Positions 17,266 to 26,486 are shown, counted from the stretch's first letter. The stretch is DNA of 64,000 nt from Terriglobia bacterium (GCA_963719785.1 CAVRCX010000007.1:243414-307413), one strand, 5' to 3'. A program made the numbers and translations. The notes: generated by a model not told the origin, from the sequence alone.

Positions 17266-19305
17266 TTACACGATAACCGCGGGCGGAGCCGGATCCTCGG
17301 GCCTTCCCGCATTCTTCAGCGGCACCTGCACCAGCACAAGCGCCAGCACGGCCAGCGCGACCAGCCCCACCATGTAAGAAGGATTGGCCATCATCTGCGG
17401 CACCTTGATGTCCTTATAGTTGAACCAGGCGATCACCAGCCCCATCAGCGCCTCGCCCGCGATCATTCCTGATGCCGCGAGCACCCCCACGCTTTCCACC
17501 CGCGCCCGCTGCGCTTCGTTATATCCGCGCTGCCGCGCCATCGCGTCCGAAACCCAGCGCACCATGCCGCCGATGAATATCGCAAACGTGGTCCCAATGG
17601 GCAGATACATGCCGATGGCCACCAGCATCGGACTCTTCACGCCGATCATGATCATAGCCACGCCCATCATGATTCCCACGATGATCAGCGGCCACGCCAT
17701 ATCGCCGCCGACGATGCCCTGCGCGAGCGACGCCATCAGTCCCGCCTGCGGAGCGGAAAGTTTAGGATCGCCGAAACCGATTCCGCCCGTGTTGATATTG
17801 CCCTGGTGCAGCGCGAGAAGCGGGAAATACATCACCGCGCTCGCCACTACCACGGCAATCAGTTCCACGATCTGGATGCTGCGCGGCGTGCCTCCAATGA
17901 TGTAGCCGACTTTGAAATCCTGTAGCAGTTCGCCCGCCACTGCGCTCGAAACGCAGACCACCGCCGCCACTCCGAGAACCGCGATGACGCCGCCCGTTCC
18001 CGAAACTCCCAGCGCCACCATCAGCAGCGCGGCGATGATCACGGTGGAGAGAGTCAGTCCCGAAATCGGATTGTTCGACGATCCTATAACGCCCACCAGG
18101 TAGCCAGAAACCGTGGCGAAGCAGAAACCCACAATCAGCATCACCAACGCGGCGACAAGGGCTGGCACGATTCCTCCCGACAGATATTTGTAGAGCGCGA
18201 TCATAGCCACGAAGACGAGGAAAATGCCCATCAGAACTACGCGCGAACTCATATAACGTTCGGTCCGAACGGTGGTCTCGGGCGGAGCGGCGCCGGTCTT
18301 CAGTTCATGGAACGCGCGCACCAATCCGCCCAGCAGCGCCTTGCGCATCTTGAAGAGCGTGTAGCACGCGCCGGTGAGCATGCCGCCGACGGCGATGGGT
18401 CGCACGATGAATCTCCAGACCGCATTGGCCATGGTCAGCCACGACTCATCGGTGGCATTGGCCGGCAGGAAGCTCTGCAGTTGGGGACCCAGGAAGTAGA
18501 TCAGCAGCGGGACGAGCAGCCCCCAGGCGATCAGGCTCCCGGAGAAGTTGAGCGCCGCGAGCGCCGGCCCGATCACATAGCCGACCCCGACATACGCGGG
18601 GCTGATGGTCGGGCCCGAGAACACGGTAACGCCGCCGGTGGCCAGTCTGTTGGTGGATCCCGGAGCGCCCAGCCGCAGCATCGTGCGTCCCAGTTTGCCC
18701 ACGGGAAGGAACCAGTCCTGATCGGTTGCGAACACGCCGAACGCGCTGGCGAGGAAGATGGCGGCGGCGAGACCCATGTTGTAGAAGAGATACTTGGCTG
18801 CCTCTGCGCCCACCTGACCCGCCTTGTGGATCTGGGACGCGGCCACGGATTCTGGGAACGGGAGCGTGGGATCTTCCACCAGCACGCGCCGGATCAGCGA
18901 GACGAACAGCACGCCGAGGATGCTGCCGGTCATCATCAGAGCGGTTGATTTCCAGTACGCCGTGCCGGGCGAAAAATCGAGCCACGAACGCGAGATTACG
19001 AATGCCGGGATAGTAAACACCGCGCCCGCCGCTACCGATTCGCCGATGGATCCGGCCGTTCGCGCGATGTTCTCTTCGAGGATCGATCCTTTGAAGATGC
19101 GCAGCACCGCCATGCCGATAACAGCAGCGGGATAAGTAGCCGCGATGGTCTGGCCCGCTTTGAGGCCGAGGTAGGCGTTGGCGGCGCCGAGGACCACGCA
19201 CATCACGAGGCCGAGCAGCACCGCGCGGAGCGTGAACTCCTTCATCTGAACATTGGGCGGAACGAACGGCTTGTGCTCGTGAGGGGGCGTCATGTGGTCG
19301 CTCAA
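17266..19305 (-). CDS. OPT family oligopeptide transporter
   Basis: 679 aa, polytopic. MKEFTLRAVLLGLVMCVVLGAANAYLGLKAGQTIAATYPAAVIGMAVLRI and ...GSSNNPISG... are typical of OPT/YGL114w bacterial members. Confidence 0.9.
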   Translation of the reverse strand: MSDHMTPPHEHKPFVPPNVQMKEFTLRAVLLGLVMCVVLGAANAYLGLKAGQTIAATYPAAVIGMAVLRIFKGSILEENIARTAGSIGESVAAGAVFTIPAFVISRSWLDFSPGTAYWKSTALMMTGSILGVLFVSLIRRVLVEDPTLPFPESVAASQIHKAGQVGAEAAKYLFYNMGLAAAIFLASAFGVFATDQDWFLPVGKLGRTMLRLGAPGSTNRLATGGVTVFSGPTISPAYVGVGYVIGPALAALNFSGSLIAWGLLVPLLIYFLGPQLQSFLPANATDESWLTMANAVWRFIVRPIAVGGMLTGACYTLFKMRKALLGGLVRAFHELKTGAAPPETTVRTERYMSSRVVLMGIFLVFVAMIALYKYLSGGIVPALVAALVMLIVGFCFATVSGYLVGVIGSSNNPISGLTLSTVIIAALLMVALGVSGTGGVIAVLGVAAVVCVSSAVAGELLQDFKVGYIIGGTPRSIQIVELIAVVVASAVMYFPLLALHQGNINTGGIGFGDPKLSAPQAGLMASLAQGIVGGDMAWPLIIVGIMMGVAMIMIGVKSPMLVAIGMYLPIGTTFAIFIGGMVRWVSDAMARQRGYNEAQRARVESVGVLAASGMIAGEALMGLVIAWFNYKDIKVPQMMANPSYMVGLVALAVLALVLVQVPLKNAGRPEDPAPPAVIV

Positions 19306-19751
19306 GAAAGCCGCGCTTTCACTTTTTCGCTGAGCGCTTTACCGTCGATGGTCTTGCCCGTAAGCTTCGCCTGCACGGCCTTGATCACCAGGCCCATCTG
19401 TTTGGCCGAGGTGGCGCCGGTCTCCTGAATGGCCGCATCGAGCGCCGTCTGAACCTCTTCATCGCTGGCCGCCGCCGGCAGGTAGCTTTCGATGATCTTG
19501 CGCTCGGCTTCTTCTTTGAGCGCCAGTTCCTCGCGTCCGCCCTTGCGGAACATTTCGGCGGCGTCGATGCGCTGCTTGACCAGGCTCTTGAGCACGGCCT
19601 GCTCGCCCGCGTCGTCCAGAGGCTTCGACGGATCGACCACATTAGCCTTCTGTAAGGCGGTTTTTATCATGCGTATAGCGCTTAAACGCAGCTCTTCTTT
19701 GGCCTTCATGGCGGCCACAAGGTCCTTTTGTAACTGCTCTGATACAGGCAT
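19302..19751 (-). CDS. yqeY: GatB/YqeY domain-containing protein
   Basis: The C-terminal 149 aa of the long antisense ORF 19302..20873 (MPVSEQLQKDLVAAMKAKEELRLSAIRMIKTALQKANV...AIQETGATSAKQMGLVIKAVQAKLTGKTIDGKALSEKVKARLS) match the YqeY family. The rest of that ORF is antisense to serC and is rejected. Confidence 0.8.
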   Translation of the reverse strand: MPVSEQLQKDLVAAMKAKEELRLSAIRMIKTALQKANVVDPSKPLDDAGEQAVLKSLVKQRIDAAEMFRKGGREELALKEEAERKIIESYLPAAASDEEVQTALDAAIQETGATSAKQMGLVIKAVQAKLTGKTIDGKALSEKVKARLS

Positions 19752-19784
19752 GGTTTGATATTCTAAAGACTCTACTTCCTTCCC

Positions 19785-20954
19785 ATGTACATTCGCAAGC
19801 AACGTTTGCTTACACCCGGTCCTACGCCTCTTTACCCACCCGCGCTGCACGCCATGATGGCGTCCGATATCCATCATCGGACAGAGGAATTCCGCAACGT
19901 TTATAAGTCCGCACTGGCGGACCTGAAAGAAGTTTACGGCACGCAGGGCGACGTGCTCTGTTTCGCGGCATCGGGCACCGGCGCCATGGATGCTTCCGTG
20001 TCGAATCTCTTCTCGAAGGGCGACAAAGTGGTGGTGTGCACGGCCGGTAAATTCGGCGAGCGCTGGGCTGAGATCGCCAAAGCTTACGGACTGGATGCCA
20101 ACGTTCTCAAAGTCGAGTACGGCGAAGTGGTCACGCCGGATCGGATTGAGGCGGCTCTGAAGGCTGAGCCGGGGACGAAGGGCGTTTTCATACAGGCGTC
20201 GGAGACTTCCACGGGCGCGGAGCACGACGTGAAGACCATTGCCGAAATCGTGAAGAAAACCGATGCGATCTTCGTGGTGGATGCGATTACCGGGCTCGGC
20301 ACCATGCCGCTCGATATCGATGGCTGGGGGCTCGACGTCGTGATCGGCGGGTCGCAGAAAGCCTTCATGATTCCGCCCGGCCTTGCCTTCATGTCGGTGA
20401 GCGCCAAGGCCTGGAAGCATGCCGATAAGGCCGATCTGCCGCATTACTACTTCAATCTGAAGAAAGAAAAGAAGAGCGGCGATGGGGGCGAATCGAGCTG
20501 GACGCCAGCCACTTCGCTGATTCTGGCGTTGGGCGAGGCGCTGAAGTACATCAAGAAGGTGGGGATGGCGCATCTGATTGAGAACGCGCAGCTGCTGGCG
20601 CGCGCCACGCGTGAGGCCACCGGCGAACTGGGGCTGGAGCTTTTCGCCAAACGTCCGGGCAGTTCGGTGACCGCGGTCAAAGCGCCGGCGGGGATAGACT
20701 CGGGCGCTATCGTGAAGGGCTTCAAGGAGCGCTTCGGCGCCATCATCGCTAACGGCCAGGGCAGCATGAAGGGGCAGATCTTCCGCATGGCGCATCTGGG
20801 CTACTTCGATTTTGCCGACATGTTCGGCGTCATCGCGGGACTGGAGATTATCCTGCGCGCCAATGGGCACCATGTGGAACTGGGCAAGGGAGTCGCGGCG
20901 GTGCAGCGAGTCTATGAGGCCGCCAAAGCGGCGCCGAAGCTGGCAGCGGCCTGA
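19785..20954 (+). CDS. serC: Class V pyridoxal-phosphate-dependent aminotransferase (serine-pyruvate / phosphoserine aminotransferase type). Probably the phosphoserine aminotransferase partner of serA.
   Basis: LLTPGPTPL...GGSQKAFMIPPGLAF... is the class V aminotransferase-fold Lys region. It sits immediately upstream of serA on the same strand. Confidence 0.75.
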   Translation: MYIRKQRLLTPGPTPLYPPALHAMMASDIHHRTEEFRNVYKSALADLKEVYGTQGDVLCFAASGTGAMDASVSNLFSKGDKVVVCTAGKFGERWAEIAKAYGLDANVLKVEYGEVVTPDRIEAALKAEPGTKGVFIQASETSTGAEHDVKTIAEIVKKTDAIFVVDAITGLGTMPLDIDGWGLDVVIGGSQKAFMIPPGLAFMSVSAKAWKHADKADLPHYYFNLKKEKKSGDGGESSWTPATSLILALGEALKYIKKVGMAHLIENAQLLARATREATGELGLELFAKRPGSSVTAVKAPAGIDSGAIVKGFKERFGAIIANGQGSMKGQIFRMAHLGYFDFADMFGVIAGLEIILRANGHHVELGKGVAAVQRVYEAAKAAPKLAAA

Positions 20955-20959
20955 ATCAG

Positions 20960-22531
20960 ATGAATGTCCTGATCGCTGAGCCGATGGCTCAGGCCGGCAT
21001 CGAGTTGTTCCAGGCGCAGCCCGGCTGGAACGTCATCGTCTCCAATCCGAAAGAGTACGCGAAGCATCTGGCCGACGCCGACGCGCTGGTGGTGCGCAGT
21101 GCCGTACAGGTGACACCGGATGTCTTGAAACAAGCACCGAAGCTGCGTGTCATCGGGCGGGCAGGCGTGGGTGTCGATAATGTCGACCTCGCGGCGGCTA
21201 CGGCGGCGGGCGTTCTGGTAATGAATACGCCGGGCGGAAATGCCGTTTCGGTGGCTGAGCACACCATCGCGCTGATGCTTTCCATGGCGCGGTCTATTCC
21301 TCAGGCGAGCGCGTCAACCAAAGCCGGCAAATGGGAGAAGAAGAAATTCCTCGGCAGTGAATTGCGCGGCAAGACCTTGGGCATCGTGGGACTGGGCAGC
21401 ATTGGGCGCGAGGTCGTGAAGCGCGCGCGGGCATTTGAGATGCGTGCGATTGCGCACGATCCGTATGTGACACCGCAGATCGGCAAGGACGTCGGAGTGG
21501 AATTGGTCGGCCTGCACGAGCTTTACCGGCGCAGCGATTACATCACGGTGCACGTTTCGCTGACTCCTGAGACCGACAACCTGCTCAACAAAGAAGCCTT
21601 CGCGCAGATGAAAAAGGGCGTGCGCATTGTGAATTGCGCGCGGGGCGAACTGCTCGATGAGGGGGCGTTGAAGGCGGCCATCGAATCAGGCAAAGTGGCG
21701 GGCGCGGCGCTCGACGTATTCGCCAATGAGCCGACGGATGCGTCGTTTCCCTTGTTCAGCCTCGATTCGGTGCTGGCCACTCCGCACATCGGCGGGGCCA
21801 CTGAAGAAGCGCAGGAGATTGTGGGCGTGCGGATCGCCGAGCAGTTGGTTGAATTCCTGCGCAATGGCGTGGCGATTAACGCGGTGAACATGCCATCGCT
21901 GTCGCCGGATCAGTATCAGGCGGCCGCACCGTTTATCGATCTGGCCGAGCGTCTGGGCAATTTCGCGGCGCATCTGGTAACCGGCAACCCGACCACCGTT
22001 CGGCTGACGTATCTGGGGAAAGTTGCGGATATGAACACCAGCCTGCTGCGCAACGCGGGTCTGGCGGGAGTGCTGAACCGCTCGGCATCGCGTGCCAACG
22101 TGGTGAACGCCATGCAGATTGCCGCCGAGCGCGGCTGGAATGTGGCCGAAGTGCATGACAAGAGGTCGGCGCAATCCGACACCATCCGCCTGGAAGTTGA
22201 AACCGAGATTAGTATTACGACCGTAGAAGGCGCGGTCGTTCTGGACAAACCCCGGCTCATGCACGTGGATGGCATCTATTGCGAGGCGCCTCTCGCGGGG
22301 GAACTGGTTTTCCTTAAAAATATGGACGTTCCGGGCGTGATCGGCCACGTCGGCTCGGTGCTTGGATCGAACCGGATCAATATTGCCAATTTTTCGCTGG
22401 GGCGCCGCGATTCAGGCCCCCCCGAGGCCGTCGCCGTGATTGCCACCGACACGCTGGTACCCCAGCATGTACTGGATCAGCTGATGGCGAACCCGGCGAT
22501 TAAGCTGGCCCGGTCGGTGGCTATTGCCTGA
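20960..22531 (+). CDS. serA: D-3-phosphoglycerate dehydrogenase with C-terminal ASB/ACT regulatory domains
   Basis: NAD-binding GIVGLGSIGREVVKRA, the catalytic RGE/H region (CARGELLDEGAL...TPHIGGAT), and a long C-terminal ACT domain. 523 aa. Confidence 0.9.
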   Translation: MNVLIAEPMAQAGIELFQAQPGWNVIVSNPKEYAKHLADADALVVRSAVQVTPDVLKQAPKLRVIGRAGVGVDNVDLAAATAAGVLVMNTPGGNAVSVAEHTIALMLSMARSIPQASASTKAGKWEKKKFLGSELRGKTLGIVGLGSIGREVVKRARAFEMRAIAHDPYVTPQIGKDVGVELVGLHELYRRSDYITVHVSLTPETDNLLNKEAFAQMKKGVRIVNCARGELLDEGALKAAIESGKVAGAALDVFANEPTDASFPLFSLDSVLATPHIGGATEEAQEIVGVRIAEQLVEFLRNGVAINAVNMPSLSPDQYQAAAPFIDLAERLGNFAAHLVTGNPTTVRLTYLGKVADMNTSLLRNAGLAGVLNRSASRANVVNAMQIAAERGWNVAEVHDKRSAQSDTIRLEVETEISITTVEGAVVLDKPRLMHVDGIYCEAPLAGELVFLKNMDVPGVIGHVGSVLGSNRINIANFSLGRRDSGPPEAVAVIATDTLVPQHVLDQLMANPAIKLARSVAIA

Positions 22532-22678
22532 TCAGATCTCGCAGCCGGGATGCTCGCAGCCACAAGAGATTTCGGTGGTGTCTTTTGCCCCTTCGCAATA
22601 GGAACTACAGTACTTCTCATCCTTCGCGACCAGACACATACATGATTCGTGGGCACACTTCTTCTGTTCATCGGCCAT
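22532..22678 (-). CDS. Candidate bacterial metallothionein-like small Cys-rich protein (48 aa), missing from the ORF track
   Basis: Translation: MADEQKKCAHESCMCLVAKDEKYCSSYCEGAKDTTEISCGCEHPGCEI. That is 9 Cys and 2 His in 48 aa, in C-x-C / C-x2-C / GC-x-HPGC arrangements reminiscent of SmtA/BmtA. It lies convergent with serA, with its stop adjacent to the serA stop. Confidence 0.4.
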   Translation of the reverse strand: MADEQKKCAHESCMCLVAKDEKYCSSYCEGAKDTTEISCGCEHPGCEI

Positions 22679-22759
22679 GGCGTTTCACCTCGGAGGCATA
22701 CTAGCACGTAAAAGGCCGTTGCCTTGGGTATCGCCGCGATTTATCAATGAAACAGCCGG

Positions 22760-23782
22760 ATGCTAGAGTCGTTAGTGGAACAAACCTTGAACAACAGCCC
22801 TCACGCAGTGATTCCCGCGGGGAGCCGGGCCGCCGTATCCGGTGCGGCAGGTTTCATTGGTTCGCATCTTTGCGATCGTTTGCTGGCTGACGGGTGCGAA
22901 GTGATTGCCCTCGACAATCTGCTTACAGGGTCGTTGCGCAATATCGCGCACCTGGAAGGCAACAGGCGCTTTCACTTCCTTCTGCATGACGTGACGAGGC
23001 CGGTCGAAATCAGCGGTTCGGTGGATTTCGTTTTGCACCTGGCATCGCCCGCCAGTCCGAAGGATTACCTCGAGCATCCCATCGAAACGCTGGACGTCGG
23101 GTCGCTCGGGACGCGCCAGATGCTGGAATTGGCACAGCGAAATAACGCAAAATTTCTGTTGACGTCGACTTCCGAATCGTATGGAGATCCTTCGGTGCAC
23201 CCGCAGGTGGAAACGTACTGGGGGAACGTGAATCCCGTGGGCCCGCGGTCCTGTTATGACGAGAGCAAACGATTCGCCGAGGCGCTCACCATGGCTTACC
23301 ACCGGGCGCGCGGCGTGCGCAGCAGCATTGCCCGGATCTTCAATACCTACGGACCTCGTATGAAGCTCAATGACGGCCGCGTGGTCCCGGCGTTTATGGA
23401 CCAGGCGTTGCGCGGTGAGCCCATTACGATCTTCGGGGATGGATCGCAGACGCGCAGCTTTTGTTACGTCAGCGATCTGGTGGATGGTTTGTGCCGGCTT
23501 CTTCTTTCCGAGGAGGCGATGCCGGTGAATATTGGCAATCCGCGAGAGATGACCATTCTTGAGTTCGCGGAGGTTATTACGGAGCTGACGGGCAACAAGG
23601 CTGGCATCGTGCACCGCGATTTGCCGGAAGACGACCCGAAGCAGCGCCAGCCGGATATCGCCAAGGCCAGGCGGTTGCTGGGTTGGGAGCCGAAGGTCAC
23701 GCTGGAGGAGGGGCTTCGCCATACAGTCGAATACTTCCGCCCGCTGGCGCTGAAGGCGTCGCCGGAAGCTCAGCCGGTCTAG
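22760..23782 (+). CDS. UDP-glucuronate decarboxylase (UDP-xylose synthase); NAD-dependent epimerase/dehydratase family
   Basis: [15 protein letters not shown] (Rossmann), ...YDESKRFAE... (the YxxxK catalytic motif) and ...FNTYGPRM... are typical of UXS/ArnA-type decarboxylases. Confidence 0.85.
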   Translation: MLESLVEQTLNNSPHAVIPAGSRAAVSGAAGFIGSHLCDRLLADGCEVIALDNLLTGSLRNIAHLEGNRRFHFLLHDVTRPVEISGSVDFVLHLASPASPKDYLEHPIETLDVGSLGTRQMLELAQRNNAKFLLTSTSESYGDPSVHPQVETYWGNVNPVGPRSCYDESKRFAEALTMAYHRARGVRSSIARIFNTYGPRMKLNDGRVVPAFMDQALRGEPITIFGDGSQTRSFCYVSDLVDGLCRLLLSEEAMPVNIGNPREMTILEFAEVITELTGNKAGIVHRDLPEDDPKQRQPDIAKARRLLGWEPKVTLEEGLRHTVEYFRPLALKASPEAQPV

Positions 23783-23788
23783 CACCGC

Positions 23789-24076
23789 ATGAAGAGGCTG
23801 TTAATCGAAGTGGCGATCGCCCTGGCAGTTTTGGCGATCGTGGTTTACGGCTTCGACTATGGCTCGGTGAAATGGCGTCAGCACGGCAACGTCAAAGTGT
23901 TCGGCGACATGCGGGTCGATCACCTCTACACGTCGACCAACAAGTGGAACGAAGTGGAATGGAGCCGAAGCAGCCCCACCACGGAACGCTGCCTCTATTC
24001 ACTGCTTCCGCATTTTGGATATCCCCCGTGCTGGTATCTGAAGCGCCACCCCATCCAGATCACTAACACCGATTAA
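23789..24076 (+). CDS. Hypothetical small membrane protein (95 aa)
   Basis: An N-terminal transmembrane helix LLIEVAIALAVLAIVVYGF. It starts 6 bp after the UXS gene. No recognisable domain. Confidence 0.35.
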   Translation: MKRLLIEVAIALAVLAIVVYGFDYGSVKWRQHGNVKVFGDMRVDHLYTSTNKWNEVEWSRSSPTTERCLYSLLPHFGYPPCWYLKRHPIQITNTD

Positions 24077-24428
24077 TCGGCTTTTTACGTGTCGCCGATT
24101 ACTCATTCAATGTGGGACAGGCGGAAGCGCGTCTCCGATTAGGATCACAGGCGAATCCTGCAGCGAATTCAGGAATTGCCACGATTGATGCTTCGTCTGT
24201 GACAGTGCCGGCCAGCCGCGGGGCCACATAATGTAAGGCGCGTCGGCACGATCAGCTCGGGCGCGCCGCCGAGAAACTCCATCGAGCGGATTGGCCGCCG
24301 ATCCAGTGCTCCAGTTCCGGCCACCGTATGCGTCACGGTCACCGTGACCCCGCTGGCGATCACGTAAGTCCAAGGCATCTGCCAGGATATCGGCCCTTCC
24401 ACCGTCACGCTCGAATGCGCCGTATGGG

Positions 24429-24842
24429 CTAAAACTCGATCACGTTCAGGTTCGGAATCATGCGAAAGTGCCGGAGATTCCGCGTACCGATCCCATAGCC
24501 CAGGTGAAGGGCGGTTACTCCGATGAGCAGGTCCTCGAACGGGATCGACAGCCCGGCCCGTTTCGCGTCGGCGTCGATTTTCGCCGCAAGCTGGCCCATC
24601 TCCTTTGTGAACGGTTCCACAGGAATGGCGAGGAAGCCGGTATCGAGGTACGCCCGCCGCTGCCGTGCCAGTGCCTGAGTATTGGCGCGATGCAGACCGT
24701 GTTCCAGTTCGATCACGGTAATCGACGAGATGACGACCTCGGTTTCTCCGTGCTTCTGTTCGAGTTCCAGCAACATAGCGCTGACCGGTTTGGCGCCACG
24801 CTCGGCGGCGATCAGAACGCTAGAGTCGAGGACTAACCCCAT
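24429..24842 (-). CDS. vapC: PIN-domain toxin VapC
   Basis: MGLVLDSSVLIAAERG... with the conserved acidic residues (D6, E42-like and the ...IGVTAL... region). It sits 4 bp downstream of the antitoxin gene. The true start is at aa 42 of the listed ORF. Confidence 0.8.
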   Translation of the reverse strand: MGLVLDSSVLIAAERGAKPVSAMLLELEQKHGETEVVISSITVIELEHGLHRANTQALARQRRAYLDTGFLAIPVEPFTKEMGQLAAKIDADAKRAGLSIPFEDLLIGVTALHLGYGIGTRNLRHFRMIPNLNVIEF

Positions 24843-25120
24843 GCCGGCGGCTGGAAGGGCGCACGACGGAAATCGATGGCAGCCTGCACGTCTCTGGCGA
24901 AATCCTGATCGGGAACCGGCGCGCAGCCCAACTCCTCTTCGTGCGCCTTCGCCAGATCGATGCACTCCGAGAGCTTCCGTCCCGGACCCGGCGTCGGCGT
25001 CTTGATGACAGCCACAGGGCGATGATCCTGCTCGACGATCACCTCATCGCCTTCCCCCACTCGCGCCAGCACGGCACGAGGGTCGCTGGCGAGCTCGGCT
25101 TCTGTAATACGGACCGTCAT
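24833..25120 (-). CDS. vapB: Phd/YefM-family antitoxin (VapB-type partner of VapC)
   Basis: MTVRITEAELASDPRAVLARVGEGDEVIVEQDHRPVAVIKTP matches the YefM/Phd N-terminal fold pattern. The likely start is the second Met. Confidence 0.7.
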   Translation of the reverse strand: MTVRITEAELASDPRAVLARVGEGDEVIVEQDHRPVAVIKTPTPGPGRKLSECIDLAKAHEEELGCAPVPDQDFARDVQAAIDFRRAPFQPPAWG

Positions 25121-26327
25121 CCTGTCTTCGATCATAGCGCTTATGGCAGAGAACTTTGCAGAGGATTTCGTTTGTCTGCGCGGTCGGCGTCTTGGATCGG
25201 ACCGCTGGCCCGAACTTCCGCTTCAGCATGGAGAACGTGGACTCCACGTTCGACCGCTTGTGGTAGTGCGCCAGAAACTCATCCCGCTTGAAGTGGTAGA
25301 AGCGCCACATCTTCGTCCAAATTTCCGCGCCCTGAGCTTTATTGGTCGATTTGAAGGAAATGAACGGTACTGCACCGACTTGCTCAATTGCGCCGAAATT
25401 CATGTTGCTGACGTAACCTTTGTCTGCCGAAACTTCGGCGATGTTGAAGCGTTCTGCTGTTCTTCGCACCAGGGACGGCAAATACGGACAATCGTTAGAA
25501 TCGCCGTCGCTGATCGTAACGCTGCTTATGACGTTGGTTTTCACGCCCGTAATGACGTGTGCCTTGCGCCACATCCGACCCGTTCGCTTCTTGCCGTGCT
25601 TCTCATCAAACCAGCGGACGAACGTGCACGTAGAGAACCCGGAGCTGTCAACTGCGAAGTCCGTCTCGACGGCCTTCAGCGGGCTTGCACTTTCTTCGAT
25701 CATCTTTCTCAGGACCGGCGTCAGCCTCGGATCTCCCAAGTAATTGAAGATCGAATTGTAGTGCGGCGCGGATTCGATGTGGCCTTTCTCTTCGCACTCA
25801 TGAATATCGGTCGAGGCGCGGCGTCCGCTCATCGTGCTGTAGACCTTCATTGTGGCCGCAAAGATCACGTCAGCGAGTGGAAGGCGCGGACGCCCGCGCT
25901 TCTGTTCTGGTTGCATAACACCTTCGCACAGAGCCTTCAGGAGTCGCTCGACCGTCGCCTTTTCTGTGACCTGAGCGGCGTTGTACGCTGGCCAGTTCTG
26001 CTGGTAGGTGACGCGCATAGTGCGCGTCTCGGTCGTCGTGCCGTCTGCGTTCGTCTCACGCTTTATCGTGAATTCGACCGCGTAAATGTGCTTGCAGCGC
26101 TCTTGGTGGGCCTCGTAATCAGGGCACGAACAAGTCGGCCTTTCCCCTGCAACAGCGACGGTGTATTTTCGACCGCCGACGGTTTGGGATGGGACTGTCC
26201 AGATGTTTCCGTTTTTCGCCAGCCGCGTTGTTGCGGCGATCATCAATCCGCGCTGTTCTCTTCCGTTTTCCATTTCAGTCCTGTTGCTTTCTTCAGGCTG
26301 AAACGACAGAATGGAAGTGGAGAGCAA
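25044..26327 (-). CDS. IS transposase with an N-terminal SWIM-type zinc finger and a DDE_Tnp_1 (IS4/IS5 superfamily) catalytic domain. Its C-terminal 30 or so aa read through the IS end into vapB DNA.
   Basis: CSCPDYEAHQERCKHIYAV is a SWIM zinc finger of the CxCxnCxH type. ...DKGYVS...NVESTFSMLKRKFG... is the DDE_Tnp_1 C-terminal signature. The ORF tail (KRYDRRQDDGPYYRSRARQRP...) overlaps the vapB 5' region by about 90 nt. Confidence 0.85.
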   Translation of the reverse strand: MLSTSILSFQPEESNRTEMENGREQRGLMIAATTRLAKNGNIWTVPSQTVGGRKYTVAVAGERPTCSCPDYEAHQERCKHIYAVEFTIKRETNADGTTTETRTMRVTYQQNWPAYNAAQVTEKATVERLLKALCEGVMQPEQKRGRPRLPLADVIFAATMKVYSTMSGRRASTDIHECEEKGHIESAPHYNSIFNYLGDPRLTPVLRKMIEESASPLKAVETDFAVDSSGFSTCTFVRWFDEKHGKKRTGRMWRKAHVITGVKTNVISSVTISDGDSNDCPYLPSLVRRTAERFNIAEVSADKGYVSNMNFGAIEQVGAVPFISFKSTNKAQGAEIWTKMWRFYHFKRDEFLAHYHKRSNVESTFSMLKRKFGPAVRSKTPTAQTNEILCKVLCHKRYDRRQDDGPYYRSRARQRPSCRAGASGGRR

Positions 26328-26395
26328 ATCCCTTCCTCTGGCTTCGGCCTGAGGTTGAACCCCGCTGATAGCGTCAACTATTGGCGGGGTGTATC
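25140..26395 (-). mobile_element. Insertion sequence of about 1.25 kb (IS4/IS5-superfamily-like) inserted immediately upstream of vapBC. Boundaries are approximate.
   Basis: A single transposase gene. Imperfect terminal inverted repeats are found only weakly, around GCAGAGGATTT at about 25160 and AAATCCCTTCCTCTGGC at about 26372. The left boundary is inferred from where the transposase ORF runs into vapB. Confidence 0.45.
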
Positions 26396-26401
26396 GTTGT
26401 A

Positions 26402-26477
26402 TGGAGCGCTGGGACGGATTCGAACCGTCGTCTCACAGCTTTCCGGGCCAGGCGACTTACCTCTTGTCCACCAGCGC
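26402..26477 (-). pseudogene. tRNA-like element (76 nt) that is probably a degenerate tRNA or a tRNA-derived integration-site remnant. It has a perfect acceptor stem, T-arm and CCA but no foldable anticodon arm.
   Basis: The reverse complement reads GCGCTGG-TG-GACAAGAGGTAAGTCG-CCTGGCCCGGAAAGCTGT-GAGAC-GACGGTTCGAATCCGTC-CCAGCGC-T-CCA. It has a 7-bp acceptor stem, a 5-bp T-stem with a consensus GTTCGAATC loop, and an encoded CCA, but the D-stem and anticodon stem are poor. It abuts the IS right end. Confidence 0.45.
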
Positions 26478-26486
26478 TCAAAATCA

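Noticed and set aside
19302-20873. A 523-aa minus-strand ORF spanning the serC region
   Set aside because: Only its last 149 aa (the GatB/YqeY domain, 19302..19751) are real. The remainder is an antisense open frame across the well-supported plus-strand class V aminotransferase gene, an artefact typical of high-GC DNA.
24107-24408. Small minus-strand ORFs (79 to 88 aa) in the 350-bp gap between the membrane-protein gene and vapC
   Set aside because: No start context, no motifs, and they overlap each other in different frames. Probably non-coding, though a decayed gene fragment cannot be excluded.
26402-26477. Calling the 76-nt element a functional tRNA (Ser-GGA)
   Set aside because: The anticodon and D stems do not form acceptable helices, and a Ser tRNA requires a long variable arm. 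It is listed as a pseudogene or remnant instead.
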